From assembly GCA_015059405.1 (NCBI GenBank), contig SVAL01000004.1, positions 25,817 to 89,816 of the forward strand: a stretch of DNA of 64,000 bases. Reading direction: 5' to 3'. How positions within the stretch are numbered: position 1 is the first letter of the stretch; every line of letters starts with the position of its first letter. Positions 18,722 to 29,610 of the stretch are shown here, one piece after another. Both the position numbers and the translations under genes were made by a program. Below the pieces are notes generated by a model that was given only the letters and a program-made list of their open reading frames with translations, made no database searches and had not been told where the DNA came from. This DNA is from Bacillota bacterium. GTDB lineage: Bacteria; Bacillota_I; Bacilli_A; RF39; UBA660.

Positions 18722-19963
18722 CTATAATGTATTTATCCATGCAGATATATATTTAGATATTATATTATAACCATCAGTTTCCAAATGAACTTCTTTAGGA
18801 TTATTTTTATAAAAATACTCTCCACTATCTACTTTTAATAAATCCGAATAACTTATTATCTTACCATTATCATATACTACACCATCATATAAATCTAAAT
18901 AAGGAATTTCCCATTTTTCACAAACTTCTTTAATTAATTTATTTTGTTCATCTCTATTAGTAACCTTATCTCCCCAATCAGAATTAGGAGTCTCATACGT
19001 AATAATAAAACCTATTTTGCTATCTGGATTGTATTTTTTAGTATAATAAAATAACTTTTCAAGACCACCTACAAATGTTTTATCATCAAACTCATCTTTC
19101 TCAAAACCTTCACTTATTTCCCCTAATTTTATATCTTTATGCATATCATTAATACCACCTTGTAAAATGATATAATCATAATCTTCTTCTTTGTGATCTT
19201 TTATTTGATCAGTTACAGAATTCTTACCTTCAGTAATAGTAGCACCATTAACTCCACTATTAACCCAATCCATGTAATTACTAATACCAACTCTACCTGC
19301 AAATCCAGAATAACTATCAAACTTAGATTTAGCCGCAGTAATACTATCACCTGCAAATAAAATCTTTTTTCCTTCTAACTTATGATTATTAGAAACATAC
19401 ACCTTCTTAGTATATGTAGTAGTCAAAGTATTATTACCAACTGCCTTACATTCAATTAAAGATTTTTCTTCATCATAATTACAAGAAAAGTCTTTAATAC
19501 CAGTATTAGAGGATACTTCAAATAATTCTTCTAACTCTTTTTTATTTTCCATCATAATAACTTCATTATATAAAGAATTAACTACTGGTTCATAAGAATC
19601 AACTACATATGTATCACCACTACAATGTACTGAAACACTCTTGCTAGATTTTATCCTAACACAAATACGCATACCTTCATCATTATCAGGATAATCAATA
19701 GATACATTTAAAATTCTTTTAGATAAATCTTTTTCATACGATAAATAATCATTACAAGACTTTTGATTAGTAAAACAATAATCAATAGACTTAATATTTT
19801 TACCATAATTTAATATAAGTATATTCTCACTAACTTTAGAATGATAATGATCATCTCCTTCTTCAGTAGTATAATAAAAACTAAAGAAATATCCCCCAGA
19901 ACATAAACTCATAACAAATAAAGTTAAAATAAATATAATTATATATATAACACATCTTTTCAT
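18722..19963 (-). CDS. Membrane-anchored SGNH/GDSL-family hydrolase
   Basis: N-terminal TM helix. The C-terminal half has block I FAGDSIT, block III GGINDM and a C-terminal D..H-type region (HLETDGYN). Confidence 0.7.
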   Translation of the reverse strand: MKRCVIYIIIFILTLFVMSLCSGGYFFSFYYTTEEGDDHYHSKVSENILILNYGKNIKSIDYCFTNQKSCNDYLSYEKDLSKRILNVSIDYPDNDEGMRICVRIKSSKSVSVHCSGDTYVVDSYEPVVNSLYNEVIMMENKKELEELFEVSSNTGIKDFSCNYDEEKSLIECKAVGNNTLTTTYTKKVYVSNNHKLEGKKILFAGDSITAAKSKFDSYSGFAGRVGISNYMDWVNSGVNGATITEGKNSVTDQIKDHKEEDYDYIILQGGINDMHKDIKLGEISEGFEKDEFDDKTFVGGLEKLFYYTKKYNPDSKIGFIITYETPNSDWGDKVTNRDEQNKLIKEVCEKWEIPYLDLYDGVVYDNGKIISYSDLLKVDSGEYFYKNNPKEVHLETDGYNIISKYISAWINTL

Positions 19964-20089
19964 AATTTCACTCCAAGTACTATTTATTCTAAATTAAAAA
20001 ATCAAAAATTTCAACATAAAAAAAGTATATAGATATATTAATATTTCATATCTCTATACTTTTATTATTATACATTTTTTTATTCTTTC

Positions 20090-20737
20090 CTAACTAACAC
20101 TAACTATAGATAAAACATTATCTTCATGAACAAGTCTTATAGTAGCCTTAGTTTGATATCCTAAATCTTCTTTATACTTCCAAGTAACATTAACTACATA
20201 ACTCTTAGTATCAAAAATCTTTAAACCAGTATCTTTATCATTATAGTTATATCCATCTACTTTAGATGTACAACTAACAAATTCAACTACTTCTGGTAAT
20301 TTTTGCTTTCTATCACCATATACATTACTTTCTATATATTTATATAAAGTATCAGATGCTTTTAATTTAAAATTATCCTTATTCTTAGAATAAATAAACT
20401 CTAGTCCACCAACATCTTGATTAGTAACCTTAGTACTTAAAGTATAAAAATCAGTAACAAACATCTTACTAATAACTTCAGCATATTTAGCTTCATCTAT
20501 ATTTTCTTTTTCTAAAATTTCTTTAAGTTCATAATATAAATCTTTATAAAGTTCTGTACTATCATCATATAAAGTATAATTATATCCCTTAATACTATCT
20601 ACTTTACTAGCACTAGGAACAGGTTGCCCTGGTTTATAATTATCTTTTACTATAAAAGTCTTATAAAGATAGAAACACCCAAATCCTACCCCAGCAACTG
20701 TTAAAACCATTAATATTACTATTAAAACTTTTTTCAT
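20090..20737 (-). CDS. Hypothetical membrane-anchored extracytoplasmic protein
   Basis: 215 aa with one N-terminal TM helix. Stop and start are adjacent to the upstream LTA-synthase-family gene, which suggests co-transcription. Confidence 0.5.
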   Translation of the reverse strand: MKKVLIVILMVLTVAGVGFGCFYLYKTFIVKDNYKPGQPVPSASKVDSIKGYNYTLYDDSTELYKDLYYELKEILEKENIDEAKYAEVISKMFVTDFYTLSTKVTNQDVGGLEFIYSKNKDNFKLKASDTLYKYIESNVYGDRKQKLPEVVEFVSCTSKVDGYNYNDKDTGLKIFDTKSYVVNVTWKYKEDLGYQTKATIRLVHEDNVLSIVSVS

Positions 20738-20738
20738 C

Positions 20739-22877
20739 CTAACCAGCTCCTTCTACAATTTCAGATTCATTTATTTCTTCTTTTTCAACTTTTTCTACTC
20801 CAGATAATAAATTATAAACAATTATATTATTAGATACATTTAATAACTCTTCAGCATATAGATTATTCTTTTCAATATATCCATCTGGTAAAATAGATTC
20901 CCCTATCATATAAGTTTCAACTTTTTGAGCATTATAATAAACTTTATTTGTAACCCAGTTACCAGTAGGGAAAACAACAATATTATCATTTTCTTTTAAA
21001 CTAAACATATCATGTCCAAGAGCGTATTTATTATATACACCTAACATATTACCTAAAGTAGGCATTACATCATACATACCCATAACTGTTTTAATTTCTT
21101 TATCCATAGAAACACCATTTATCTTTTTATCTTTTGTCCAAATAATAAATGGAGTACTTCTATTTAATTCATATTCATAGCTTTCAAATACTTTGTAATT
21201 AGGATCATCTTCATCTAATAAATCATCAGTTTTATAATCATAATTATAGAAACGTTGATAATCACCTTTAGGAAGTCTAGCATCATGATCTCCATATAAT
21301 ACAACAACAGTATCATCTAAAATACCTTCTTCTTCTAACTGTGCCATAAGTTGTCCTAAAGCTTCATCCGCATAATGAACTGATTTTAAATATCTTCCTA
21401 GTTTTGTACCTTCCATATATGGATATTCATTTACTACATCATTTCCATATTTATCTTTTTCATTAACTTTCATAGTAACATCAAAGTCTACTGTAGTATA
21501 TTCCTCTATATCAAAAGGAGTATGATTAGTAAGCATAATCATAGTTACATATGTTTTATCATGTTTACTTCTAATTTCTTTTAATTTATTAACTGATTGT
21601 CTAAAGAAAGACTTATCAGAAATACCTAACCCTATCCATTCATCAATATCATATTCACTCTTACCAATAATATCATGATATCCTAAAGACTTATGCATAA
21701 CATTACGATTCCAATAAGAAGCAACATTACCATGCATAGATACATTATAATATCCTTTTTCTTTTAATAAAGAACCAAGACTAATATATTCTCTATTAAA
21801 ATAACTAACAAATGCTGTACCACTATTAGATGGCATTAAACTAGTTGCTAAAGTAAACTCACTATCACTACTAGTACCAACACTAACTTGTGTATAGAAA
21901 TTACTAAAATATAATCCACCATTAGCTATCTTAGTTAAATTAGGCGCAACTAACTCACCATTAACTTCAAGTCCAATAACAAAATCTTGAATACTTTCTA
22001 AGTGAATTGATAAAACATTTTTCCCTTCTAAAATATCAGTATATTTATTAACATCAGGTGTATCACTCTTATCTTTAAAATATTCAGTAAAACGTTTAAA
22101 AGCTTCATCATATCCAAACAAAGCTGATATCTTTGGTTCAATACTCTTAATAACATCATTTATTTGATATACATAAATACCATACTTAGTAACTATATAC
22201 TCTCTATTCCATTGCTTTGCTATTCTACTAATATCAGTAGATGTTAAAGTAGATGCAAATAATGCACCAATAACTCCCGCACAAATTAATGAACTTAAAG
22301 CTTTTTTAGGAGATTTATGTTTATTCTCATTCTCAACAAAATATTTCTTTTTCGCAAGTCTAAAATAAACAAATAATAAACAAATTGGTAAAATTATATA
22401 AGATATATCTTTAAACTTAATAATATCCCATATCGCATCACTTACTGCATCTCCATACTTAGCAATAGATAAAAGTGATACCGATGCATAAGATGAATAA
22501 AAAGTATAATAAACCGAATTAACTACACATACTAAAGTACATAAAAGTGTAATAAAATACCAGTATACTACTCTTATTTTATGTCTCATTAAATATCCTA
22601 ATGCACCTAAAGCTATAACTACTGCTAAATCAGCCATAAAAGGTTGAAACGCAAATAATGTTTCAGTAGTACCAATAGAAAAATATCTAATCATGACACC
22701 ATTAATCAAATTAAATAAGACAAATAAACAGAAAAAAACATTAGTTGTAACATATAACTTAATTTGTTTAAAAAAATCTAAAACAACTCCCATTGGATTT
22801 TTCTTTACTTCTTTTATTAAATCAACAAGTTTATTCTTAAAATTAGATTTCTTACTCTTTATCTTTTTCATAAGCAC
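20739..22877 (-). CDS. ltaS: LTA synthase family protein (sulfatase-fold, polytopic N-terminus)
   Basis: About 5 N-terminal TM helices plus an extracellular sulfatase-like domain, with IHLESIQ, MLTNHTPF and LYGDHD motifs. Confidence 0.85.
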   Translation of the reverse strand: MLMKKIKSKKSNFKNKLVDLIKEVKKNPMGVVLDFFKQIKLYVTTNVFFCLFVLFNLINGVMIRYFSIGTTETLFAFQPFMADLAVVIALGALGYLMRHKIRVVYWYFITLLCTLVCVVNSVYYTFYSSYASVSLLSIAKYGDAVSDAIWDIIKFKDISYIILPICLLFVYFRLAKKKYFVENENKHKSPKKALSSLICAGVIGALFASTLTSTDISRIAKQWNREYIVTKYGIYVYQINDVIKSIEPKISALFGYDEAFKRFTEYFKDKSDTPDVNKYTDILEGKNVLSIHLESIQDFVIGLEVNGELVAPNLTKIANGGLYFSNFYTQVSVGTSSDSEFTLATSLMPSNSGTAFVSYFNREYISLGSLLKEKGYYNVSMHGNVASYWNRNVMHKSLGYHDIIGKSEYDIDEWIGLGISDKSFFRQSVNKLKEIRSKHDKTYVTMIMLTNHTPFDIEEYTTVDFDVTMKVNEKDKYGNDVVNEYPYMEGTKLGRYLKSVHYADEALGQLMAQLEEEGILDDTVVVLYGDHDARLPKGDYQRFYNYDYKTDDLLDEDDPNYKVFESYEYELNRSTPFIIWTKDKKINGVSMDKEIKTVMGMYDVMPTLGNMLGVYNKYALGHDMFSLKENDNIVVFPTGNWVTNKVYYNAQKVETYMIGESILPDGYIEKNNLYAEELLNVSNNIIVYNLLSGVEKVEKEEINESEIVEGAG

Positions 22878-22943
22878 CTCGTTAATACATTCTTTTCAAT
22901 TCATAGTTAATTATAACATAATAATTAAAAAAGGAATAGATAC

Positions 22944-23762
22944 CTATTCCTTTTTCTCTTCATATTTAGAAACATTTAATGCCATACCCATTACAAATAA
23001 ATACGATAAAAAATAAATCCACCACATAAGTACAATTAATCCTGATATACTTCCATATAAAGTAGTATATCCACCAAAAGTATTTATATATAACGAATAT
23101 AATTTAGTAAATATCATCCATGTAAAGCTAGTAAACAATGCACCATAATTAACATTTTTACTAGATAATTTATAATCTGGAGCCATCGTATAAAGTAACT
23201 TTATAGAGAAAAATATAAAAAACCAAGATAATGGTAAATTAATAATTTGATAAATACTAGTTATATATCCATTAATAGTAGTACTATCTATTATAGAAGT
23301 AATCCATTTAATAATAAAATCCCCAAATATAGGTACTATTATAATAAATGTTAATAAAAGAATTAATACAACCAACATAAATATAGATTTAACTTTATCA
23401 TAAAGAAAACCTTTATTCTTAATTTTATATATTTGATTAGATGCAATAATCATTGAATAAGTACCTTGACTAGCTAAAAATAATGTCGATATTAAGAAAA
23501 TAATAGTATTAATATGTGCACCATCACTACCCGCCAAATACTTAACAAAATCTACTAATGCATCAGGAAACTGATTCTCAATCAACGCATTAATAACATT
23601 AGTAGGAATATGTAAATTAGCTGCTATCGATAAAATTAAAGCTATTAATGGTATTAATGTTAAGACAAAGAAAAAAGCGAGTTGACCCGGAAGAATCTTC
23701 ATTTCCGGTAACGCTATATTTTTCTTTATCCTATCAACTAACGTTAAAACTCGCCTTGCCAT
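22944..23762 (-). CDS. YihY/BrkB (virulence factor BrkB) family membrane protein
   Basis: ILPGQLAFFFVLTLIPLIALI N-terminal signature and about 6 TM helices. 272 aa. Confidence 0.8.
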   Translation of the reverse strand: MARRVLTLVDRIKKNIALPEMKILPGQLAFFFVLTLIPLIALILSIAANLHIPTNVINALIENQFPDALVDFVKYLAGSDGAHINTIIFLISTLFLASQGTYSMIIASNQIYKIKNKGFLYDKVKSIFMLVVLILLLTFIIIVPIFGDFIIKWITSIIDSTTINGYITSIYQIINLPLSWFFIFFSIKLLYTMAPDYKLSSKNVNYGALFTSFTWMIFTKLYSLYINTFGGYTTLYGSISGLIVLMWWIYFLSYLFVMGMALNVSKYEEKKE

Positions 23763-23764
23763 TA

Positions 23765-25810
23765 TTACTTATAATCCTCTTTATCTGTACGCATTTCTAG
23801 TGTAGCTTCATTTATCGCATCATCTATTGTCTTCATACCATCAGTAATCATACTATATCCTATTGCAGCACCAAATCCATAAGGAAGATCCTTAAATTCC
23901 TTAGTTAACTTCTTAGTATATATTTCCACTTGTTTTTCACTATAACCAACTAAATAGATTAAGAACTCATTACCATCTGTTCTAATAATTTCACTATTTT
24001 CAAGTTGTGTATTAACCAAAGTACTAGCAGCTTGAACTATTAATCCATCCCCTGCTTCATGACCATAATTATCATTAACATATTTAACATTATTTAAATC
24101 AATCATAACAATAGCTTGTGGATATTTTTCACTCTTATTCCAAGCCTCCATATTTAAATTTAAATAACTACGATTCTTTAATGAAGTAAGATTATCTGTA
24201 TATTTTCTTCTTTCCTCTTTTCTTACTTTTTTAACAACACTCTTTCTCTTAAATAAAATATATATCGCAATAAAGAATAAAACAGGAACTAATATTAATA
24301 CTAATATAACAACATATAATTCTTCAAAACTATTAGTTCTTAAAATATTATCACTATTTAAATCAATTAAAGCTGCATTTCTATATCTATAATAAGAATT
24401 AGTACTAATAGTATAATTAAACATATCATAGAAATTTTCTTCTTCTGCTACTATCATAAAAGAATAATTCTTAGGAATACAATCAGAATATAAAACTTCA
24501 TAATCTTTAAACTTAGAGTTCTTATAATATGTATATACTTCTCTATCAATAACTAAAATATTATTATCACTCTTTGAAAGCATTTCATTATAATCATTAA
24601 ACTCTTTTATATTAGATTTACTATTATCTTTAAAATAATTAAGAAGTGCTGTATTAGCTAACATACTAATGTCTTTTCCCTTTAATGCTTGAAAACTTCC
24701 AACTACATGAGAATCCTTAGTTCTTGCTAAAACAACATATTCTTCTATAAAAGTAGAATTAACTTCTTTATAATCCTTACCAGCAACATCATAATAATTA
24801 AAATAAATATCTATTTCTTTCTTATCAATTGCTTTTTTCAAATCTTCCACAGAATCATATTTTTTATATTCAAAATCAACCCCTGAAAGACGATTAATTC
24901 TATTAACATATTCTGCAGCTATACCATAAAAATTATCATCAACAACAATTTCATATGGACTATTTTCTACATAACCATAAACATAAGTCTCAGCTTGTAA
25001 TTCTTTTTTTACACTATCAGTAATACCTTTACTATTAACATAAAAATCAAATAATTCTGAATTATATACAGATACAAAACTATTATTTTTCCATGAATTA
25101 AAATATTTAACAAAAATATCATTTAACTTAGAATTAGTATCACTTAAAGTAAATACAACACTTTTACTCATTTCTGATAAAGTGTAATTAATATAATAAT
25201 TAGTATCAGAACTTAAAATCTTATTTAAGTACATAATATGAGGAACAACAATAGTATTTACAGAACCATTATTTAAAGCATTAAATAAATCTTCTGAACT
25301 AGCATAACTCTTATAAGTTAAATTAGTACCACTACTCATATAATAACTAACATCTTCTAAATCAGCCGCTAAAACTCCAACAACTAATTTATTCAAATCA
25401 GAAATATGATCATAATTTCTACTTTCTAAACTAACTAAAATATATACATCTTCATTAATAAGTAAATCTTTCTCAGTTAATTTTTCATTACTAGATAATA
25501 CTCTAAAACGATAACTCTTAGTATTAGGAGTACCCTCTTTAACATAAGTTACTTTATTAAATTCTACCCCAGTTGCATTTTCAAAACCCGAAATAAAACT
25601 ATCAAATACCCCTTCACCTTCTCCATATATAGGATAATCACTAATAACTTCAATATCTACAAGAGAAGTAACATTTTCTTCTATCCAGTTTTTATCAGTT
25701 ACAGTTAAAGAATTTATATCTTCACTATAATAATATAAGTAAACACCAATAAAAACTGCAATAGCTACAAATATAGGTATAAATATAATTAACTTCTTAT
25801 TTATCTTCAT
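23765..25810 (-). CDS. Membrane sensor with two periplasmic solute-binding-like domains and a degenerate GGDEF domain
   Basis: The C-terminal domain reads DNLTSLKNRSYL...MIDLNNVKYVNDNYGHEAGDGLI...IRTDGNEFLIY. The GG(D/E)EF position reads DGNEF and there is no RxxD I-site. Confidence 0.75.
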   Translation of the reverse strand: MKINKKLIIFIPIFVAIAVFIGVYLYYYSEDINSLTVTDKNWIEENVTSLVDIEVISDYPIYGEGEGVFDSFISGFENATGVEFNKVTYVKEGTPNTKSYRFRVLSSNEKLTEKDLLINEDVYILVSLESRNYDHISDLNKLVVGVLAADLEDVSYYMSSGTNLTYKSYASSEDLFNALNNGSVNTIVVPHIMYLNKILSSDTNYYINYTLSEMSKSVVFTLSDTNSKLNDIFVKYFNSWKNNSFVSVYNSELFDFYVNSKGITDSVKKELQAETYVYGYVENSPYEIVVDDNFYGIAAEYVNRINRLSGVDFEYKKYDSVEDLKKAIDKKEIDIYFNYYDVAGKDYKEVNSTFIEEYVVLARTKDSHVVGSFQALKGKDISMLANTALLNYFKDNSKSNIKEFNDYNEMLSKSDNNILVIDREVYTYYKNSKFKDYEVLYSDCIPKNYSFMIVAEEENFYDMFNYTISTNSYYRYRNAALIDLNSDNILRTNSFEELYVVILVLILVPVLFFIAIYILFKRKSVVKKVRKEERRKYTDNLTSLKNRSYLNLNMEAWNKSEKYPQAIVMIDLNNVKYVNDNYGHEAGDGLIVQAASTLVNTQLENSEIIRTDGNEFLIYLVGYSEKQVEIYTKKLTKEFKDLPYGFGAAIGYSMITDGMKTIDDAINEATLEMRTDKEDYK

Positions 25811-26288
25811 TTAAAGTTGCCTCCCTATCCTTTGTCCAAGAAATATCATTATCATTATAATGTTTATATCCCATTATTGGAAAATCATCTAAACTAGAAT
25901 CATTTTTCTTAAAGTATACTTGAATAGAATAATAAGATAATTGATCATTATCAAAATTCTTTAAAATACTACTATCTAATGATTTTGCCTTTTTAACAGT
26001 AACATCATCTTTAACAACAATAGTTAAATTAATAATTCTTCCTTCCAAATCATAAGTACAAGAAGAAACTTCTTCCAATGCTTCTATAGAAGTTTCAATA
26101 TTATTAATCATCTTATCATCAATAACATGATTCTTAACATCTTCAACCCTATCCCCATAAATAGCTTCATTATTATTATCCCAATAAACTTTCTTCATAT
26201 AAGATAAAACAAACATACATCCAATAAAAACTATAATAATAAAGATAGTAAATACATTATCTTTTAAAATCTTTAAAGTTGATTTCAT
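25797..26288 (-). CDS. Hypothetical membrane-anchored protein
   Basis: 163 aa with one N-terminal TM helix. It overlaps the downstream GGDEF gene by 14 nt, which suggests translational coupling. Confidence 0.5.
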   Translation of the reverse strand: MKSTLKILKDNVFTIFIIIVFIGCMFVLSYMKKVYWDNNNEAIYGDRVEDVKNHVIDDKMINNIETSIEALEEVSSCTYDLEGRIINLTIVVKDDVTVKKAKSLDSSILKNFDNDQLSYYSIQVYFKKNDSSLDDFPIMGYKHYNDNDISWTKDREATLNEDK

Positions 26289-26340
26289 TTAATCACTCCT
26301 TAGTATAATTAATTATACACCAGTATTTATAATTTATAAA

Positions 26341-27759
26341 TTACTTATTTAATTCTTCTAATAATAATTTATTAACAAGTTCTGGATTTGCAGAACCTTT
26401 AGTTTCTTTCATAATTTGTCCCATTAAGAACTTAATAGCTCGTTCATTCCCTGATTTATAATCATTAACACTATTTTCATTATTAGAAAGAATAGTACTA
26501 ATAATATTCTTAAGTTCATTAGGATCACTAATTATTTTAATTCCTTTACTTGAGATAATCTCATCAACTGAAGAATCACTTTCCATTAAATCATCTAATA
26601 TATCTTTAAATACTTTACTATTAATATCCCCTTTAGATAATTTAGTAACAACTGTAATAAATTTTTCATCATTTAACTTAGTATTATCTATTAAAGCACC
26701 AGTCTTATTTAAGTATCCAGCTATATCTCCAAGAAGCAAATTACTTGCGACAACTAAGTCAATATCTTTATCTAAGAATCTATTTAAATAATTAGATAAA
26801 CTTCTATTTTGAATAATCTTATTAGCATTTAATTCACTAATACCAGCTAAAACATACTTTTCACGACGTTCTGATGCAAGCATTGGAATACTTTTTCTAA
26901 CATCTTCTATAAAATTATCATCAATAACTACAAATGGAATATCTGGTTCTGGGAAATAACGATAGTCATTTCCTGCTTCTTTAACACGCATCATAATTGT
27001 CTTATCTTCTTTTTCATCATAACGATAAGTCGCAAACACAACACTTCCACCATTTTCAATTAATTCTTCTTGACGAATAGCTTCTCTTTCAATTGCACGA
27101 CCTACATTACTAATAGAACCAATATTCTTAATTTCAGCACGAGTTCCCCATTCATCAGTTTTACTTATTGATATATTTACATCACATCTCATACTACCTT
27201 CTTCAATTTTACAATCAGAAACATCAGCATATAAGAATAACTCACGTAATTTTTCAACATAAGCCATTGCTTCTTCAGAAGAAGTAATATCAGCTTCTGT
27301 AACAATTTCAACTAAAGGAACACCAGCTCTATTAAAGTCTAAGAATGAATGATGTTTATAGTGAATACTCTTACAAGTATCTTCTTCAATATGAATATCA
27401 TGAATACGAATCTTTTTCTTTTGTCCATTCACTTCAATTTCAACCCATCCATTTACCCCAATAGGAGTTTCAAGTTGAGTAATTTGATAATTTTTTGGAT
27501 TATCTGGATAAAAATAATTCTTACGATCAAAATGCATCTCTTTATTAATTTCACAATTTAAAATTAACGCTGCTTTTAATGCTAAACGAATAACTTCCAT
27601 ATTTAAAGTTGGAAGAACACCAGGATATCCTAAATCAACTACATTAACATTACTATTAGCTGTTTTACCATAACCATTTATACTATTAGAAAATATCTTA
27701 GTATTAGAATTTAATTCACAGTGAATTTCAATACCAATTGTCTTTTTATAATCGCTCAT
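26341..27759 (-). CDS. gatB: Asp/Glu-tRNA amidotransferase subunit B
   Basis: IGIEIHCEL, DLGYPGVLP, FDRKNYFYPD and GSMRCDVNIS motifs, plus a C-terminal GatB/YqeY domain. Confidence 0.95.
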   Translation of the reverse strand: MSDYKKTIGIEIHCELNSNTKIFSNSINGYGKTANSNVNVVDLGYPGVLPTLNMEVIRLALKAALILNCEINKEMHFDRKNYFYPDNPKNYQITQLETPIGVNGWVEIEVNGQKKKIRIHDIHIEEDTCKSIHYKHHSFLDFNRAGVPLVEIVTEADITSSEEAMAYVEKLRELFLYADVSDCKIEEGSMRCDVNISISKTDEWGTRAEIKNIGSISNVGRAIEREAIRQEELIENGGSVVFATYRYDEKEDKTIMMRVKEAGNDYRYFPEPDIPFVVIDDNFIEDVRKSIPMLASERREKYVLAGISELNANKIIQNRSLSNYLNRFLDKDIDLVVASNLLLGDIAGYLNKTGALIDNTKLNDEKFITVVTKLSKGDINSKVFKDILDDLMESDSSVDEIISSKGIKIISDPNELKNIISTILSNNENSVNDYKSGNERAIKFLMGQIMKETKGSANPELVNKLLLEELNK

Positions 27760-29210
27760 TACTTCACCTCTCTCGGATCAAGTTCTAATCCTAATTTTTC
27801 TTCTATAAAACTAGCAAGTTTATACATTGTAACTTCATCAAAACTATTACCTATAATTTGTAAACCTATTGGTAAATGTCCTTCACCAAATCCCATTGGA
27901 ACATTCATTCCAGGAAGACCTGCCATATTAGCTGGGAATACTAAAACATCATCTAAGAATGTTTTTAACGGATCATCTAATCCTTCTCCTAAGTTATATG
28001 CTGTAGTTGTAGCATTAGGTCCTATAATTAAATCATATTTTTCAAAAGCTTCTTTAAAACTTTCTCTAATACCATTTCTAATTTGTAAAGCTTTAGTATA
28101 ATAAACATCAGCGTTAGATCCACTAAGTAAGTAAGACCCTACCATTATACGACGTTTAACTTCTTCACCAAAACCTTCTCCACGAGTTTTACAATATAAC
28201 TCATCAATACTAGATGGATCATTTACTGAATAACCATATCTAACACCATCAAATCTAGCTAAATTACTACTTGCTTCCCCCATACCAATAATTTGATATA
28301 AAGTAACAGCATTTTCAATATAATCAATATCGATATAATCAACTAAAGCACCATTTTCTTTTAATAAAGAAACTACATTATCTAACTTTTCTTTTACTTC
28401 AGATGAAACTATATCACTAACAAAATAATTAGGAATAGCTATCTTCATTCCTGAAATACTTTCACCAATCTTACTAGTAAAATCTACTACTTCTTCATAA
28501 CTACTAGTTAAATCTTTATCATCTCTTCCACAAATAGCATTTAAAAGAAGTGCATTTTCATAAACATTTCTAGTCATTGGCCCAATTTGATCTAAACTTG
28601 AACCAAAAGCAACAAGACCATAACGACTTACTCTACCATAAGTTGGTTTCATTCCAACAATTCCACAGTAACTAGATGGTTGTCTAATACTTCCACCAGT
28701 ATCACTACCAAGTGCTAAAGGAACCATTCTACTACTTACAGCAACTGCACTTCCTCCACTTGATCCACCACTAATTTTAGTTGTATCCCAAGGATTCTTA
28801 GGCGCTCCAAAATAACTAGTTTGACTAGTAGAACCCATCGCAAATTCATCCATATTAGTCTTACCAATAATAATCATATTCTTATCATTTATCATTTCAA
28901 CAACAGTTGCATCATATATAGGAATAAAATTATCTAAAATATGAGAAGCACAAGTAGTTCTTAAATCTTTAGTAACAATATTATCTTTAACAGCTATTGG
29001 AATACCAAAAAGAATATTATCTACGCACTTTTCTTCTAAACTTTTAGCTTTTTCTATTGCCCTTTCTTTATCTAAAGTAATAAAAGCATTTAAATTACTA
29101 TTTGCTTCTATTCTTTCAAAAGCCTCATTAACTAAATCAATCGGTTTAATCTCTTTTTTCTTTAATAATTCATTTATTTCTTTAATACTTAAATCTAAAT
29201 ATTTACTCAT
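27759..29210 (-). CDS. gatA: Asp/Glu-tRNA amidotransferase subunit A
   Basis: Amidase signature GGSSGGSAVAV...GSDTGGSIRQP. Confidence 0.95.
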   Translation of the reverse strand: MSKYLDLSIKEINELLKKKEIKPIDLVNEAFERIEANSNLNAFITLDKERAIEKAKSLEEKCVDNILFGIPIAVKDNIVTKDLRTTCASHILDNFIPIYDATVVEMINDKNMIIIGKTNMDEFAMGSTSQTSYFGAPKNPWDTTKISGGSSGGSAVAVSSRMVPLALGSDTGGSIRQPSSYCGIVGMKPTYGRVSRYGLVAFGSSLDQIGPMTRNVYENALLLNAICGRDDKDLTSSYEEVVDFTSKIGESISGMKIAIPNYFVSDIVSSEVKEKLDNVVSLLKENGALVDYIDIDYIENAVTLYQIIGMGEASSNLARFDGVRYGYSVNDPSSIDELYCKTRGEGFGEEVKRRIMVGSYLLSGSNADVYYTKALQIRNGIRESFKEAFEKYDLIIGPNATTTAYNLGEGLDDPLKTFLDDVLVFPANMAGLPGMNVPMGFGEGHLPIGLQIIGNSFDEVTMYKLASFIEEKLGLELDPREVK

Positions 29211-29499
29211 TAATCATCACCGGAACTTCCACAAAATTACCATTACTTACAGGTACATTTTTCATTATTTCTTCAGGTTCTAACATCTCTCCAGCAACAT
29301 CTTCTCTTAACTTTGTAGTATGCATAACCGGAGCTATTAATTTATTATCACTTTTTAATTCAACATTTTTAATTTTATCTACTTCATTAAATAAAGTCTT
29401 TAACTGCACTTGATATTTCTCTATTTCTTCTTCATTAAGTTCAATTCTAGCAAGTCTTGCTACGTGTAAAACTTCTTCTCTAGTTAATTTATCACTCAT
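29203..29499 (-). CDS. gatC: Asp/Glu-tRNA amidotransferase subunit C
   Basis: 98 aa. VLHVARLARIELNEEE motif. Overlaps gatA by 8 nt. Confidence 0.9.
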   Translation of the reverse strand: MSDKLTREEVLHVARLARIELNEEEIEKYQVQLKTLFNEVDKIKNVELKSDNKLIAPVMHTTKLREDVAGEMLEPEEIMKNVPVSNGNFVEVPVMINE

Positions 29500-29584
29500 A
29501 AAACTCCTCCTGTAAACAAATTAATTCCTACTAATTATAACAAATTTTATATACTTTTCATAGATATTTCTATATCTTTTATCC

Positions 29585-29610
29585 ACAAAAAAAGTGGAAA
29601 ACTTCCACTT
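29585..29610 (-). terminator. Terminator upstream of gatC (3' of the 337-aa ORF)
   Basis: AAAGTGGAA-AACT-TCCACTTT, with a T-run on the minus strand. Confidence 0.65.
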
